Shown here piece after piece: positions 37,697 through 50,800 of a DNA stretch of 64,000 nucleotides. The DNA lies in the NCBI GenBank assembly GCA_002269645.1, contig NIVC01001023.1, positions 248,001-312,000 of the forward strand. Reading direction: 5' to 3'. The translations under genes were made by a program, and so were the position numbers. The notes beneath the pieces were generated by a model that searched no databases, was not told the DNA's origin, and saw only the letters and a list, made by a program, of their open reading frames with translations. Numbering within the stretch: position 1 is the first letter of the stretch; each line of letters starts with the position of its first letter. The stretch is from Macrostomum lignano (Eukaryota).

Positions 37697-39153
37697 ACAG
37701 ATGTCTTTGTGTCAGTGATCACGTCGATCATGTGCAAGCAAAGCGCCATAGCCATAATAAAATTGAAAGCTACTGAGAGACAATACCAAAAGTAGGTCAG
37801 ACTATGACGAGTGCCATGTTACTTTTTCCTCCGTGTATGTAATGCTCAGTGAAGTAGTTTACAAGTCAGCATACGAATTCAACACACAATTCAGAGGCCA
37901 CCCTCCGAGCTTCCATTGAGCAGCTGGACCATCTGTCTCGACGCGACGGAGCAGCTTCCGGTTCGTTGCCTAGGGTCCTCGCTGCTGTGGAAACGGATTG
38001 GCGCTCTGCTAGCGACGCAGCGGTGCGAGGCTACCGGCCGACCAGCGAGGACCGCCCGGACTACGAGGAGACACCGCGGATCGGTCGAGACACGATGGCG
38101 AAAACGATGGACAATGGGCTCTAATGGGCGTGATAACCAATCAAAGATTTCACGAGAGCAGGGTTGGTGATCTCTGCGTTGTATTGTGACTATACTGTGC
38201 GGGAACATGGTTCATCGAAAATTGATTCATAAACCCTGGCCTTGAATTCCAGCTACTCCAAACATAAAGTGAACGCCTTAGTGATCTGAGGGCACATTGT
38301 GACATGCCAGGACCAGTTTACTAACCACACCCAAATTTGGCTGAAGCAAAAATGTGATTCGCGTTGCGAAAATACGGACCTATATACTTGAAGTAGGACT
38401 CTTAGTATATGGGACTGTCGTGCACACTTCCACCTTTAATCAAGCTATGTATGATATAACTGATATGATACCATTTATCATAATGTATCTTATACTGTAT
38501 CATAACCACGTATAACAGTTAGTGTATCACAGGTATAAAAATGAATTCTTTAACACAACTCAACAATTTCTTGAATTGAAGTTGTTTAGCGATGTGTGTA
38601 TATATTTATTCTCATAATCGGAATCAGAATCGATAGAGCAGTTTGAAGTTTAAACAGTTTTTTGTAGTTCGGGTCTACTCTGTATTATGAATTAAGCAAA
38701 GGCACACATCTAATCATATTAATTGTATGCTTAGGCAAAGTTATTAATTGATTTACATTGGCTGAACAACTGGAATTCCTGCACAAAATGATAAGTTACA
38801 CGTGGAAAAGTTAAATATGAGTGCAGGGTGACGCTGCAAGCGGTGCGGGGCTGAGACAGAAAATTTGAAATATAATTTATGCATATTGAAAACTTTGATA
38901 AACTCGTAGAAGTCAAGGCCGATTTTGATAGAACATTCGAAATCGGAAAACGGCAGGAAAGCCTACTGTGTCAAAACTTTAGGGAGGGGCAAAGCATTTT
39001 GCGAATCCGTTAAAAACAAGAGCCACACTGCAGTCTGCAGTCATATCATTGTGTCCACAAACCACCGTCATTTGTCCATGCCAACTGTCTCTGTACCTGC
39101 ATGAGGCACTAATGTCTTAGAAGTGCTATTTAATTGACATTGAAGTCATTCGA

Positions 39154-39893
39154 TCACTCAAAAGGTGACACGCACTCGCACAGCGCACCAACTGCCAGGC
39201 CCGCTTCATCTTTGAAGTCCGCGATGCCGGTCTTCCGTCTGTGCCACACTGTGACGTTCTCAGCTGCGCCTTTATATTTGTTTGGCTCTCCGCCAGCCCA
39301 AAAGCTGGCGCTGGGGCTGCCACCGCAGCTCGTCCAGACCCAGCCGGCAGCTGGTGGCCTCCCAGCCACATCCAGCCACCTGAGAAGGTTTTGGCGTGCA
39401 GCTTCTCAACGTGCTCCATCTCGGTTGAGTCCATCACGTCAGCCATGATCACCAGGCCCGGCTCCGACTCGCAGAGCGGTCTGCTGGCCGACCAGGATGC
39501 GGTGGTGCCGATGGGGCGGTACGTCACTCCGCACAGCTCGTCTCCGTAGCCAGACGGGCACATCGCACCCGGCTCGAGTCCCGGCTGCCGCTTCACGAAC
39601 AGGCGGCCTCTCCGGGAACAGCTGCAGTCCCGCACCGACTTGCTGCACCTGTCGAACACGAACAGCTGGCACGGACCGTCGGCGGTGGTGAAGGCCTGGC
39701 AGCGCTGACTGTCGCTGCACAGCAAGGCGCACATTCGCTCGGAGTCGGTGCTGTGGGTCTCAGTGAACTCGCTGCCGATGCAGAGGCTGCCGTTCACGCT
39801 GTGGAACTGCCCGGCCAGTCCAGCCCGCACCACTGGCTGCGGCACCGAGTCGGTCAGCAGAATCAGGAAGGCCAGGAGGTGAGCGGCAGCCAT
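39154..39893 (-). CDS. Secreted PAN/Apple + C-type lectin protein, paralog 2 (EPN motif); intronless, with a 1-nt frameshift near 39346
   Basis: MAAAHLLAFLILLTDS..., CALLCSDSQRCQAFT, CGVTY...WMWLGGHQLP, then in a second frame GWVWTSC...FWAGGEPN...GALCECVSPFE*. Collinear with paralog 1. Confidence 0.8.
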
Positions 39894-40764
39894 TCTTGCT
39901 GGGAATTGAAGCGGTGGCGCTTGCCTGGGTTTTGGCATCCCGAGGAAGAACAATAGGCTTAATAATCTTGCCCTCATCCGCAGCGGCTCTCTTGATTGGC
40001 TGTGTAGACAATGCGTCTCATTTGGTTGTCATGGCGACAGAGACGCGGAAGAAACAACTTTATACGGCAACTCACTACTTGCCTGCTCTGTTCCCGAGCA
40101 CCCTGCCATACCAGAGAAGCAATCGGCTGATCGGAGTCAGTCTTTGTTTCATAGACGATAACAGTTACCTCGGCAGTGACATTGCATTTTAATACTTAGC
40201 TCGGCTCTGGGGGTGTGTGACGGTCACAGAGGGACAGTATGGAGGGAGGGTCTATGGAACGGCAGTTTACATCACCGGTATTAAAGCCCACGAACTGCGC
40301 ATAGATACTAGTTATCGCAGTTCCATTTCTCGCTCCCCGCTTCTGCTTGCAAGTCACTAAAAAATTTTTTTTATTGTCTTTACAGTCCCAAAAGTTAGCT
40401 TGGACAATTGGCCATTTTTATAACTTCAGTCAAATATTTAATTAAAAATATGTAATACGAGTACATGCATGACCTACCCTGTTCTACAGCTCATAAGTTA
40501 TGAAAACGGGGGGTGGGGGGGCAGAACTGATCTCTCAGGATGAGCCTACTACAGGAGACCCGCTAGTGTTTAATTTCAGTAAAAAAAACACAAGCAGGGA
40601 TAGATGCTGGGTGGAATGCAGCCCCAGTGCCTGCAGACTGACGGCAATTTAATTGGATTTAAGCTGCCTGACCAAAAACCTGGTTAAGCTCCGGTTAGCG
40701 CCAGGGTTGGTGCGGGGGGACATGTATTGAACTCAGCGACTTTTTGGCGATTTGCCTGTTTTGG

Positions 40765-41147
40765 CTCTGACTTGTGAGGTTGACTTGATTCAACTGCTCT
40801 GACTTGTGAGGTTGACTTGACTCAACTGCTCTGACTTGTGAGGTTGACTTGACTCAACTGCTCTGAGTTGGGGGGTTGACTTGACTCAACTACTCTGACT
40901 TGTGAGGTTGATTTGGCTCAACTGCTCTGAGTTGGGGGGTTGACTTGACTCAACTACTCTGACTTGTGAGGTTGACTTGACTCAACTGCTCTGAGTTGGG
41001 GGGTTGACTTGACTCAACTACTCTGACTTGTGAGGTTGATTTGGCTCAACTGCTCTGACTTGTGAGGATGACTTGAATCAACTGCTCTGACTTGTGAGGA
41101 TGACTTGACTCAACTGCTCTGACTTGTGAGGTTGACTTGGCTCAACT
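40765..41147. repeat. Minisatellite, 32-bp unit CTCTGACTTGTGAGGTTGACTTGACTCAACTG
   Basis: Period 32 (40765/40797). Confidence 0.95.
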
Positions 41148-42086
41148 AGAGATGCAACAGTCAGTTACCGATGCACTATGAACAGTTTCGGAGGCGACGC
41201 TGTGTTGAGACTCATCGAGCGCACAGCTACGACGGTGGTTCAGAAGAGACGGAAGCACTTCGGCTACGAGACAAGTTGAAGCGAAGCCCCGGTGAGAGCA
41301 GCTCAATCCTTCCTTGATCTCCCCTTTACCCCCTTCATCCCTCCATGGACCCCTGGCTGGAATATTTCGGTGTATCTGGTCAACTCATCCGGCCAGTCGT
41401 CCGGCTCCACTCGGTCTGGTGCGCGGTTGAACTTTAGGTTCCATCCCTGGTTCTTGAGATGGTGCGTGAATTCCGTGAATTCGATTTCGAGAAATCGAAA
41501 AACGTATTGACCAGGAGTTCTGTAACTTAAATAAGCGCAAGAGCAAGCCATGAACTTTGAGCAAAAGTCGTTGCACATGCATGCATACCACGCATAGAGG
41601 CCTGAAGTCGTACAATAATAAAAACTTTGTCTTGCACGTCAGTAATTCCATGGGTTAGTCTCTTCCAGCGGCTTCCACTGCAGCATATTGGTCAGAAATC
41701 CGAAAGATAATTAGAGCTTCAGAGTAACCCGATGAGGCAAATAACAGGCAATTAGAGTAAACCAAAACTGACGATAGCATGAGTAATGAGACATGCCCTG
41801 AAGCCACTCCATCATTTCAGCCAGCCAGCCAGACCCGGAGGAGAGGATCGGATGGTAATCGATCGATGGCGGCCGCGGACCCCGCCCGGCCACGGGACAA
41901 GATGGAGAAGGTCCGGACCTCCGGAGATGAGCAGAAGAATGTACCGCTGTCCGCTGATGGGAAGGGACTGAGAGCACTTCTGCGCTTCTAGCGCTTCTTA
42001 AGAGCCGCTTCTAACTCAAACAATGCGTTGGAATCCCCACTCCACCTTCCCTGCGCGGGCAGAGCGGATCTCCCTAGCAACTAGCT

Positions 42087-42452
42087 TTTTTATTAGAGAG
42101 GCAGGGGGGTTGTGTGCACCCTGGCGCACTTTAGGCGACATAGGCACACAACCGGCGAGAGGCATTACTGCCCATTCCGCCGACTCCCCTGAGCAGGCAT
42201 ACAAGCGCGCGGATACGTTACGCAGGCACACACTCACACAGGAGTGTACAGCGGCCCTAACTTTATCAATTGTTAGGCATGTACACTTCCCTGCGCCTTG
42301 GGGGGGGGGGGTTGGCTCTCAAGGCCGTTAATTGCACAGGCGAGCCAAGCCGAAATTCCAATTCAGCCCCAAATTAATGTGGCTGCACTTGGAATCGAGC
42401 CTGGGTTGCGGCACACCAGAGCAGCTGCGCTACCGCTGGGCTACGACCCCCC
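42087..42452 (-). mobile_element. tRNA-derived SINE, copy 2, full length with a perfect TSD
   Basis: Head GGGGGTCGTAGCCCAGCGGTAG...GGCTCGATTCC (A and B boxes) and an A-rich tail. TAGCAACTAGCT is duplicated at 42075-42086 and 42453-42464. Confidence 0.9.
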
Positions 42453-44680
42453 TAGCAACTAGCTAATAGTTTAGTGTTTTTTGGGCTACCCTTCATCAGG
42501 GGCTGCGACGCCACTCAAAACACTGCGAATGTGTGTCGTTGTGAAGGCTCTCTCTTCACCTCAAAGGAGTTTGAAATTGAGAATATTGCAAAAGAAACAG
42601 CTTAAATTGCTTCAGCGCTGCTCGTCTCAAAGCTCTACTTAGTCTCAGAGTCGAACATTCAGCCATTGCTGCTCTTCTTTAACTTTGAGTTGCAGCCCGA
42701 AGCCAGCAGGAGTTTCGTTTCTCAACTTCTAAAGGCTGTGGAAGTCCAGGATGAATTACAGGAACCATCATTGCGATCGAAGGACGCTCGAAGTAAAAAC
42801 TCGATTCTCAGTTACAAACTAGTCAAATACTGTCTTCCTAACTACTACCTAGCTAACTACTCATAGTCAAAACAGTAGTATTTGAATGCTACGAGCGTAC
42901 TTACAAATTCAAATATAAAGCTGATAGTGAATGTCTGTTACAAAAAAAGTACAAATGTAGCATTCGATTATCTCATTTTCGATTCTTATAAATAGCTGGA
43001 CACTCTGACGTGTTTATATATTTTTTGACTCGATATCGCGTACGAACAAGAGCCAAAACTTTCTTCTCATAAGAACCTGACCTGCTTCAGTGTCGCTGGA
43101 GTGCCAAGTGCATCATCGGCTAAAAGAGTCCAGTTCAACTTCGGCCTCGAGGTCACTCAGTAGATTTCCTGCTGGTTTGCTTATTACGCAGAAGGAGAGT
43201 GGCGTTTTGTTGACCCACACGGGGGTTCCCACCGCTGTTGTTGGTCTCAGTCACGGAGATCAAGGAGAAAAGTCCGACAGGCAAAAATTGATTATTTTGC
43301 AAGGTAGTTTTACTTCTTGCCTGATCCTTTCACACAGCCCTAAAGATCTGATTGACGACAAATGGCAACTTCTGGTCTGTCCACTCAGTCCTGAATCGGT
43401 GGGAGACTTCAATGCAAAAGTCAACACCTGCAAATCCAGGTACACTTGGATGATTTCATTCACGATCTGACTGTGAATTTGAGATTTCATCAACTCTAAG
43501 TTAGTTCTCTAAGTGGTCCCTGTGACGCTTTTGAACGAAATTAAAATGCTTGTACTAAAAAAAACTCAATGTTGACATTGGCCTGAAGTACAATTTCTAC
43601 ACCAATGAGAGCTATAAATCAGGTCATAAACAAAGCATACAGTTCAAATCCTATATACTAAAAATGAAAATCTTGCTTGCTTTATCGCTATCGTCAGCTA
43701 GTTTATTCTGATTTATTAATTTAGCAATATGGTGATTAGAAAAGCGCGGCCGTCACTCGAAAAAATGGATGCCTAAAATAAACTCTGATTTTGCCCGGAA
43801 TGACTGATGGAACTGATTTCTGCATTGTATGGGGGATGGGATGGTTCTTTCCAGCTCCAGAAATGTTTATGCCTCGGTAAATCTCGCACAACACGAAAGC
43901 TGCACCATCCCCCTGCATGGACTTGCTGCTATTGCAGGCAGTCCCGATTCCGAATTGCTTACCGCGCGGCGTTCGTTTCTTTCCACAAAAAACACGTCAG
44001 CAGCGCTTCGTTAAGCTTCCCCGGGCTGCATGGTTCCGTAAGAAAAATCAATAAAGCCTCCCACACACGGGCACTGCATCATCATCTTTCCAGACCAAAA
44101 ATTCGCTCCTCTCTCATTTTTCTTCTCCGAAGCGGCCCCTCGAAGCCTAACGAGCCGAAACGCCTATCCCCATCAGTTCACATCCTGGAAAAACTTTTAT
44201 ACTTTTTGAAGGCCATTATGGCAGCTAGAGAGACGAAAAAATGGCCCAGTCAAAAACTGCTGGCCGGCACTAAGAAACAGCTTTCGTTTCGGACTGTGCG
44301 TCAAAAAACAGCGTGCGAGGGCGTCAGAGAAGTGGAAAGATTTGTGGGGAAGAAGCCCGTAGTTTCTATACATTCCACTACTGCAGCCTCCGCCTAAATC
44401 TGGCACGGATCTTCCTTTGCTCCTCGCGCGCTGATCCTGATGCAGCTGGCAGCTAGGGATGCTGGTAGAATCGATAAAGCTGCTGTGCAGAAATGCCGCC
44501 TTCACTTCCCTTCGTTCCCTTTCATATTTTGTGAAGGCAAATGCGTCCATGGCCCTCACTGCCTTGCCTGTCCCCATAGGTTAGGATCAGCTACCCAATG
44601 GTTCCAGCCCGTGTCTACCTCGATAAACCTTGGAACGCAACGCACCTCGGGTTTAAAAGCCGGCGCGTGCTGATCTCGCC

Positions 44681-44688
44681 TATAAAAG
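44681..44688 (+). promoter_or_regulatory. Candidate TATA box of the long tropomyosin isoforms
   Basis: TATAAAAG about 147 bp upstream of the ATG at 44828. Confidence 0.45.
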
Positions 44689-44827
44689 GCCGACTACGAG
44701 ACGAAAGGGTTTTGACCGAATTTTTCCACCGATTTTCGAAACCAGGCTTTACTGCTCTTTCTCAGTTGTGATTTCGCTTATCTAGTTTTTTGGAATTGTT
44801 TTCTGAATAATCCTCTGGTACCAAAAC

Positions 44828-47800
44828 ATGGACGCCATCAAGAAGAAAATGCTGGCTATGAAGCTGGATAAGGAGAATGCAATGGACAGGTAATAATGCT
44901 TTTGGAATGCAATGAAGCAATTAGTCACGTATATGTACGACCTATCAATTAAGTTCTTGATCTTGTTCTTGGTCTTAATCTCGTAATTTAAGCCTTTAAT
45001 ATTATATTATTCAGATAAAATAAAAAATTGTAAATGGAAAGTCAAAATTACACGTAACGTTTAGTGTTCAATAATTATCTAATTTAATTTCTAATGCAAA
45101 GTCCACATTTTTACATTCCAGAGCCGATCAGGTAGAAACGAAGCTTAAAGAAAAGGAAGATGAGATGACAAAGAAGGAAGAAGAAATGGGTGAACTGCAG
45201 AAAAAGTTTTCACAGCTGCAGCAGGAACTTGATACGGCACAGGAGTCTCTGGCAGGTGCTAACACAAACCTGGAGGCCACTGAAAAGAGGGCTAATGATG
45301 TGAGTGTTTTGCTTGCTACACAATTTTGTTAAAGCAATTTTTTCCTAGAATTTTTTATTGCAATTAATTAGTTCACAGAGCTTAAGTATCTTCACAATTT
45401 TTTAAAACTCGTTGTCAAGGATTTGTTAAAATGATAACACTCGCGCAGATTTAACTTGCCACGTGACTTAATTTTCGCTTATTTTTATTCTTCACTTCCG
45501 TAGTTTGACTTCTTTACTACGCTACACAACATTTTGTATCAGTATTTCTGACGCGATCAGTATGGCCAATTCCGGACAATCTCAAAGTGTTTTGTCGATA
45601 CTAAAGCAGAAAATGCAGACGCTGCGTAAGGAATTAGACGCGGTTACAGAAGAGCTGGAAAATAAAGACAATGAGCTCGCAGAAGAGGAGAACAAAAAAG
45701 CAGAAGTAGGTGGCTACCTGTTGAATAAGTCAATTTCTTTATTTTTTTATAATTAACTAAATTTCTTTCTTCAGTTTTTATATTAGTTACAAAAAATTCT
45801 TCATTATTTTTTTACTGAACTGTTTGATAACATTTCAAAAAAATTAATTTCTTACTAGAATTCTGAAGCCTGAATAAAGAATGGAAGTTCGAAGGAAAAT
45901 GTATAAATTAATTTAATTTGTAAAATTCCATTGAAATTCATTGATATTTTCTAGAGGTATATCTGATATCAGCATTTTATACCAGGCCCATATTCCATTT
46001 TTCTTTTAAAAGTGGCTTTACTGCTTCGATCAGTAGAGATTCAAAAATTAGAATGATTTGTATGATAAATGCATTTTGCAATTATTTTCTAAATCTGTCA
46101 TCAAAAAATCAATCAAAATCAATAAAAAATCAATTTAATTTTTTGCAAATCACAGCATTGTTTCAATAGGTTTATTATAAATCATTATTGAACATTATAA
46201 ACGCAACTATATTTATTTATAAAGCAATAAAATGATCAACTATACTTAATTTTTAAGATTTGTTTATTTGTTTGTTTGCTTGTCTGTAACACTCTTGTTA
46301 TACTACTATTTTAACGCGAAACATTATTACTAATATCATTATTATTATTACTATTATTATTAATATTTTTAAAATTTTATTAAAACGAAGTCAAAATTAG
46401 ATAAGTGAATTTCAGTCTATAATAGATAAAAGTTTTATGAAATTTTCACCATTCACAGGCCGAGGCCGAGGTGCAGGCTCTGACTCGCCGCATCCGGTTG
46501 ATCGAGGAGGATCTCGAGCAGACTGAGACCCGACTCACCGAGGCCACCCAGAAACTTGAGGAGGCCAGCAAGGCTGCGGACGAGAGTGAGCGGTAAGAAG
46601 ACTCAAAGTTTTCCTATTATTAAATAAAACAAATGACTTTGTTTATTATTGCGTTTCTACGTTTAAAAGCTTCACGTGATTTTCTTTTTTTCAATTTTTA
46701 TAATTCATATTTACTTTACTTTCCTTTGCTTGTATTTTTGCCGTTTTGAGTGCTCAGTACTCAATCACATAGATGAAAATCTAAAACTCTACTCGCTTTT
46801 GGAATCCAACTAAACGCGGCGATCCTGCAGCGCCCTGAAGGTGCTGGACAGCCGCCAGACCGCCGAGGACAGCCAATTGGAGAGTCTGGAACGACAGACT
46901 GATGAAGCCACTGAGCTGGCTGCTGAGAACGAGCAGCGACAAGCAGAGGTGACGCCCCGCCCTCCTTCTGCAATTTGCTCCCGCCGCTCTTTGCAGCCGG
47001 CACAGTTTGATTTCCTTCAGCTCAATTCAATGCATTTTAATCGATCGCTTTAACCATACAATAAAAAATAGTTTGCGCGCTAACTTCCATTGATCCTAAT
47101 GGTGACGGCTGGTCAATGACAGTCTGTATTTCAGGGGTCGGCAAACTTATTTTACCTGAATTGCCTGATAGAGAATCCTGCTCATGACTGCGGGCCAGAT
47201 GACAGCTAGAATAAATCATGGGGAATAGAGGAGAGAAAGAGGAGATGAGAAAATAGATGGGATGAGAGATGGAAGGAGAGATGAGAGGATAAGAGGGAGG
47301 GAGAGAGAGGAGAGATGAAGGAATAGGGGAAGACAGGAGAGGAGGGGGAGAGGGGAGAAGAGTGGAGAAGGGGGAGATGAGAGGAGAAAGGACAGAAGGG
47401 GGGAGAAGAGGGGAGAGGAGAGAAGAGTGGAGAAGGGGGAGGAGAGAGATGAGAGGAGATCACAGGAGAGAGGAAAGAAGGAGAAGAAGAGAGGGGAAGA
47501 GGAGAGAGGAGGGGAGCTGAGAGAAGGGGAAGAGAGGAGAGAAGAGGAGAGAGGAGGAGAGCTGAGAGAAGGAGAGAAGAGACAAGAGGGGGGAGAGGAG
47601 AGAGAAGAGAACCGTGAAGACCTTGAGCGGGGCCGGATTGCTATTGTGAAGTTTCAAAGGACCCGAGAGTATCGAATAGAGGGGGTTGTTGGGCCGGAGC
47701 TCGCCGAAACCCCGATCTGTATTGTGTTTTTTGCACTAAAAAGCTGCTTGAATATTTTAGTACTGTATGTACTTGTATGGCGTGCCAGTAGCCTATACGG

Positions 47801-50800
47801 CTACCTACTGTAAGTAGCTCTAACCGCTTTTTTTACGACGCAGAAATTACAGAAGAAAACATTTTTTTGTTCAGAAAATGCATTTTCATCGCATTCAAAT
47901 CGTAATTATTAAAGTCTTATTGGAAATTAAAGTTCCAATTCGAAACCAGCAGTTTTGCGATAAAAATGCAACGCGATTTTGCGATTTATAACAAAATCTT
48001 AAGTTAAACGTAATGACATGCTATTTATAAATAATCTATTATAACAAATAAGTGCTATAAAATTAGACAAAGGTTTACCTCTCTAACCCATAACGGTTTG
48101 CCTGCTTTAAAATTGGCTGCGATAGATGAAAAACTCATTGCACCTGAGCTCAGCGTCACGACACCGCGCAGTTTTAGCTCAGGTTGCACTCGACCAATTT
48201 TAAAAACAAAATCCACCGCAGAGGTCGCAAGGTGCTTGAGAACCGCTCCATCGCTGATGATGAGCGAATCAACACGCTGGAGGAGCAGCTCAAAGAGGCC
48301 AAGTACATCGCCGAGGACGCCGACCGGAAGTACGATGAGGCGGCCAGGAAGCTGGCCATCACCGAGGGCGACCTTGAGCGGGCCGAGTCGCGTCTTGAGA
48401 GCGCCGAGAGGTGATGAGGCTGCGTTTGAAGGAAGCTGACTTAAGAGCACAGATACTTGAAACACTGGATGGGCCGCTCGCTTTAGTTAGTGACAACTGC
48501 TAACGTACTTGTAAAGTCAGGTATAATATGGCATGATTTTGATTAGTTTCAACAAGTTATTGTCTATGGCTAGAACCGAAAAAACACAATTAGAACGCAC
48601 TTAGGGGCGTAGCCAAGGGGGCAGGGGGTTCCTCTAGTTGGTGCTGGCGCCCCTTGGTGCTGGCGCCCCTTGGTGCTGGCGCCCCTTGGTGCTGGCGCCC
48701 CTTGGTGCTGGCGCCCCTTGGTGCTGGCGCCCCTTGGTGCTGGCGCCCCTTGGTGCTGGCGCCCCTTGGTGCTGGCGCCCCTTGGTGCTGGCGCCCCTTG
48801 GTGCTGGCGCCCCTTGGTGCTGGCGCCCCTTGGTGCTGGCGCCCCTTGGTGCAAGCAATATTTGCAAAGACATCAGGCTGAAGCAAACAAACTTCATTGC
48901 CTACATCTAGATAGCGAGAGGCCCATCCAATGTTCGGAATGAGTTCAATCTGTGACCGAGAGTCCTTCCTAGTGGCAGAATCTGAAGCGTTTACCCTGCC
49001 CAACGCATGCCCTCATCTTTGGCAACAAACTTTTTTTTTGCGAATAACTTAATCATATCTAACACGCTTGTTTACCACACAGTTTGTAAATTTTTAAACA
49101 CTGATTCAGTGTTGCATGCTTGATTTTCTGCTTGACTGTGATGTACTAACCTTGCATCGTGTCCACCTGGAGCAGGTGTACAAGCGCTACTCAGAGGTGG
49201 ACAAAGAGGTGGACGAGGCCGAGGAACGCGCCTCTGTGGCCACCGCCAAGGCGCGTCAGCTCCGCGATGAGTTGACCATCGTGAACATCAATCTGAGGTC
49301 GTTGCAGTACAGCGAGGAGAAGGTCTGAAATTCTCATGCTCACCAGCTATTGGTGTAGGGGGGGGGTGGCAGAGGTTCAAAGCGTTGACGGACAACAAAA
49401 GTACACGCAGAAGGTATCTCTGCTTTTCAGCAAGGGAAACATGCGACAATGGCATGCTGCAATAATGTTTATAACCTGTTGCTTTTTGAGTAAGAATTTT
49501 ATGAGCATATACAATTCAAACATGCTGATGGTTGCGTTGACATGTCAGTTTGTTACTCGAGTTGATACTATTGCTTATTGATTATTGTTCGCGCCTAAAT
49601 GCCAAAAAATTGTTTTTAATGTTTGTATCCTGGTGTAATCCTCGTTTTCGCCGCTCAAATGCAACTTGGAATTCTATTAACGCACTTACTGTATCTTTTA
49701 ATCTGAAACCGCCACTCTGATCCTAAATTCTGATCATTAAACCCTAATCCAGATCCCCAGACCCACTCTGATCCCAATCCAGATCCTCAAACCCACTCTG
49801 ATCCCAATCCAGATCCCCAAACCCACTCTGATCCCAATCCAGATCCCCAAACCCACTCTGATCCCAATCCAGATCCCCAAACCCACTCTGATCCCAATCC
49901 AGATCCCCAAACCCACTCTGATCCCAATCCCGATCCCCAAACCAACTCTGATCCCAATCCCGATCCCCAAACCCACTCTGATCCCAATCCAGATCCCCAA
50001 ACCCACTCTGATCCCAATCTAGATCCTCAAACCCACTCCAGATCCTCAAACCCACTCCAGATCCTCAAACCCAATCCAGATCCCCAAACCCACTCTGATC
50101 CCAATCCAGATCCTCAAACAAACTCTGATCCCAATCCAGATCCTCAAACAACTCTGATCCCAATCTAGATTCCCAAACCCACTCTGATCCCAATCCCGAT
50201 CCCCAAACCCACTTTGATCCCAATCCAGATCCCCAAACCCACTCTGATCCCAATCCCGATCCCCAAACCCACTCTGATCCCAATCCAGATCCCCAAACCC
50301 ACTCTGATCCCAATCCAGATCCCCAAACCCACTCTGATCCCAATCCAGATCCTCAAATCCACTCTGATCCCAATCCAGATCCCCAAACCCACTCTGATCC
50401 CAATCCAGATCCTCAAACCCACTCTGATCCCAATCCCGATCCCCAAACCAACTCTGATCCCAATCCCGATCCCCAAACCCACTCAGATCCCAATCTAGAT
50501 CCTTAAACCCACTCTGATCCCAATCCAGATCCCCAAACCCACTCTGATCCCAATCTAGATCCCCAAACCCACTCTGATCCCCATCCCGATCCCCAAACCC
50601 ACTCTGATCCCAAGCCGCTAATCCAACCAAATCCTGCAGCAAAATCCTTGAGCTCGAAGAGGAGCTCCGAGTGGTCGGCAGCAACATGAAGTCCTTGGAG
50701 ATCTCTGAGCAGGAAGCCGCCCAGCGTGAGGAGTCCTACGAGGAGACCATCCGGGACTTGTCCGAAAGACTCAAGACCGTGAGACCCGCCTGCATGAGTC

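Noticed and set aside
41150-42000. Short ORFs (41303-41578, 41711-41977, 41779-41991)
   Set aside because: No recognisable motif. A faint sulfotransferase-like SGSGWLAE was too short to support a call.
42380-42452. tRNA gene
   Set aside because: It has A and B boxes but no convincing acceptor-stem pairing, and it continues into a repeated body with an A-tail and TSD, so it is a SINE head.
42480-44400. Possible minus-strand gene divergent from tropomyosin (small exon-like pieces such as GNLLSDLEAEVELDSL)
   Set aside because: I could not build a phase-consistent, stop-free model or recognise a domain. Left unannotated rather than disproved.
47610-47700. EDLERGRI, resembling tropomyosin EGDLERAE (a possible extra exon 5)
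   Set aside because: No suitable acceptor/donor pair or 71-bp length, and the similarity is only a few residues at the edge of an AG-rich tract.
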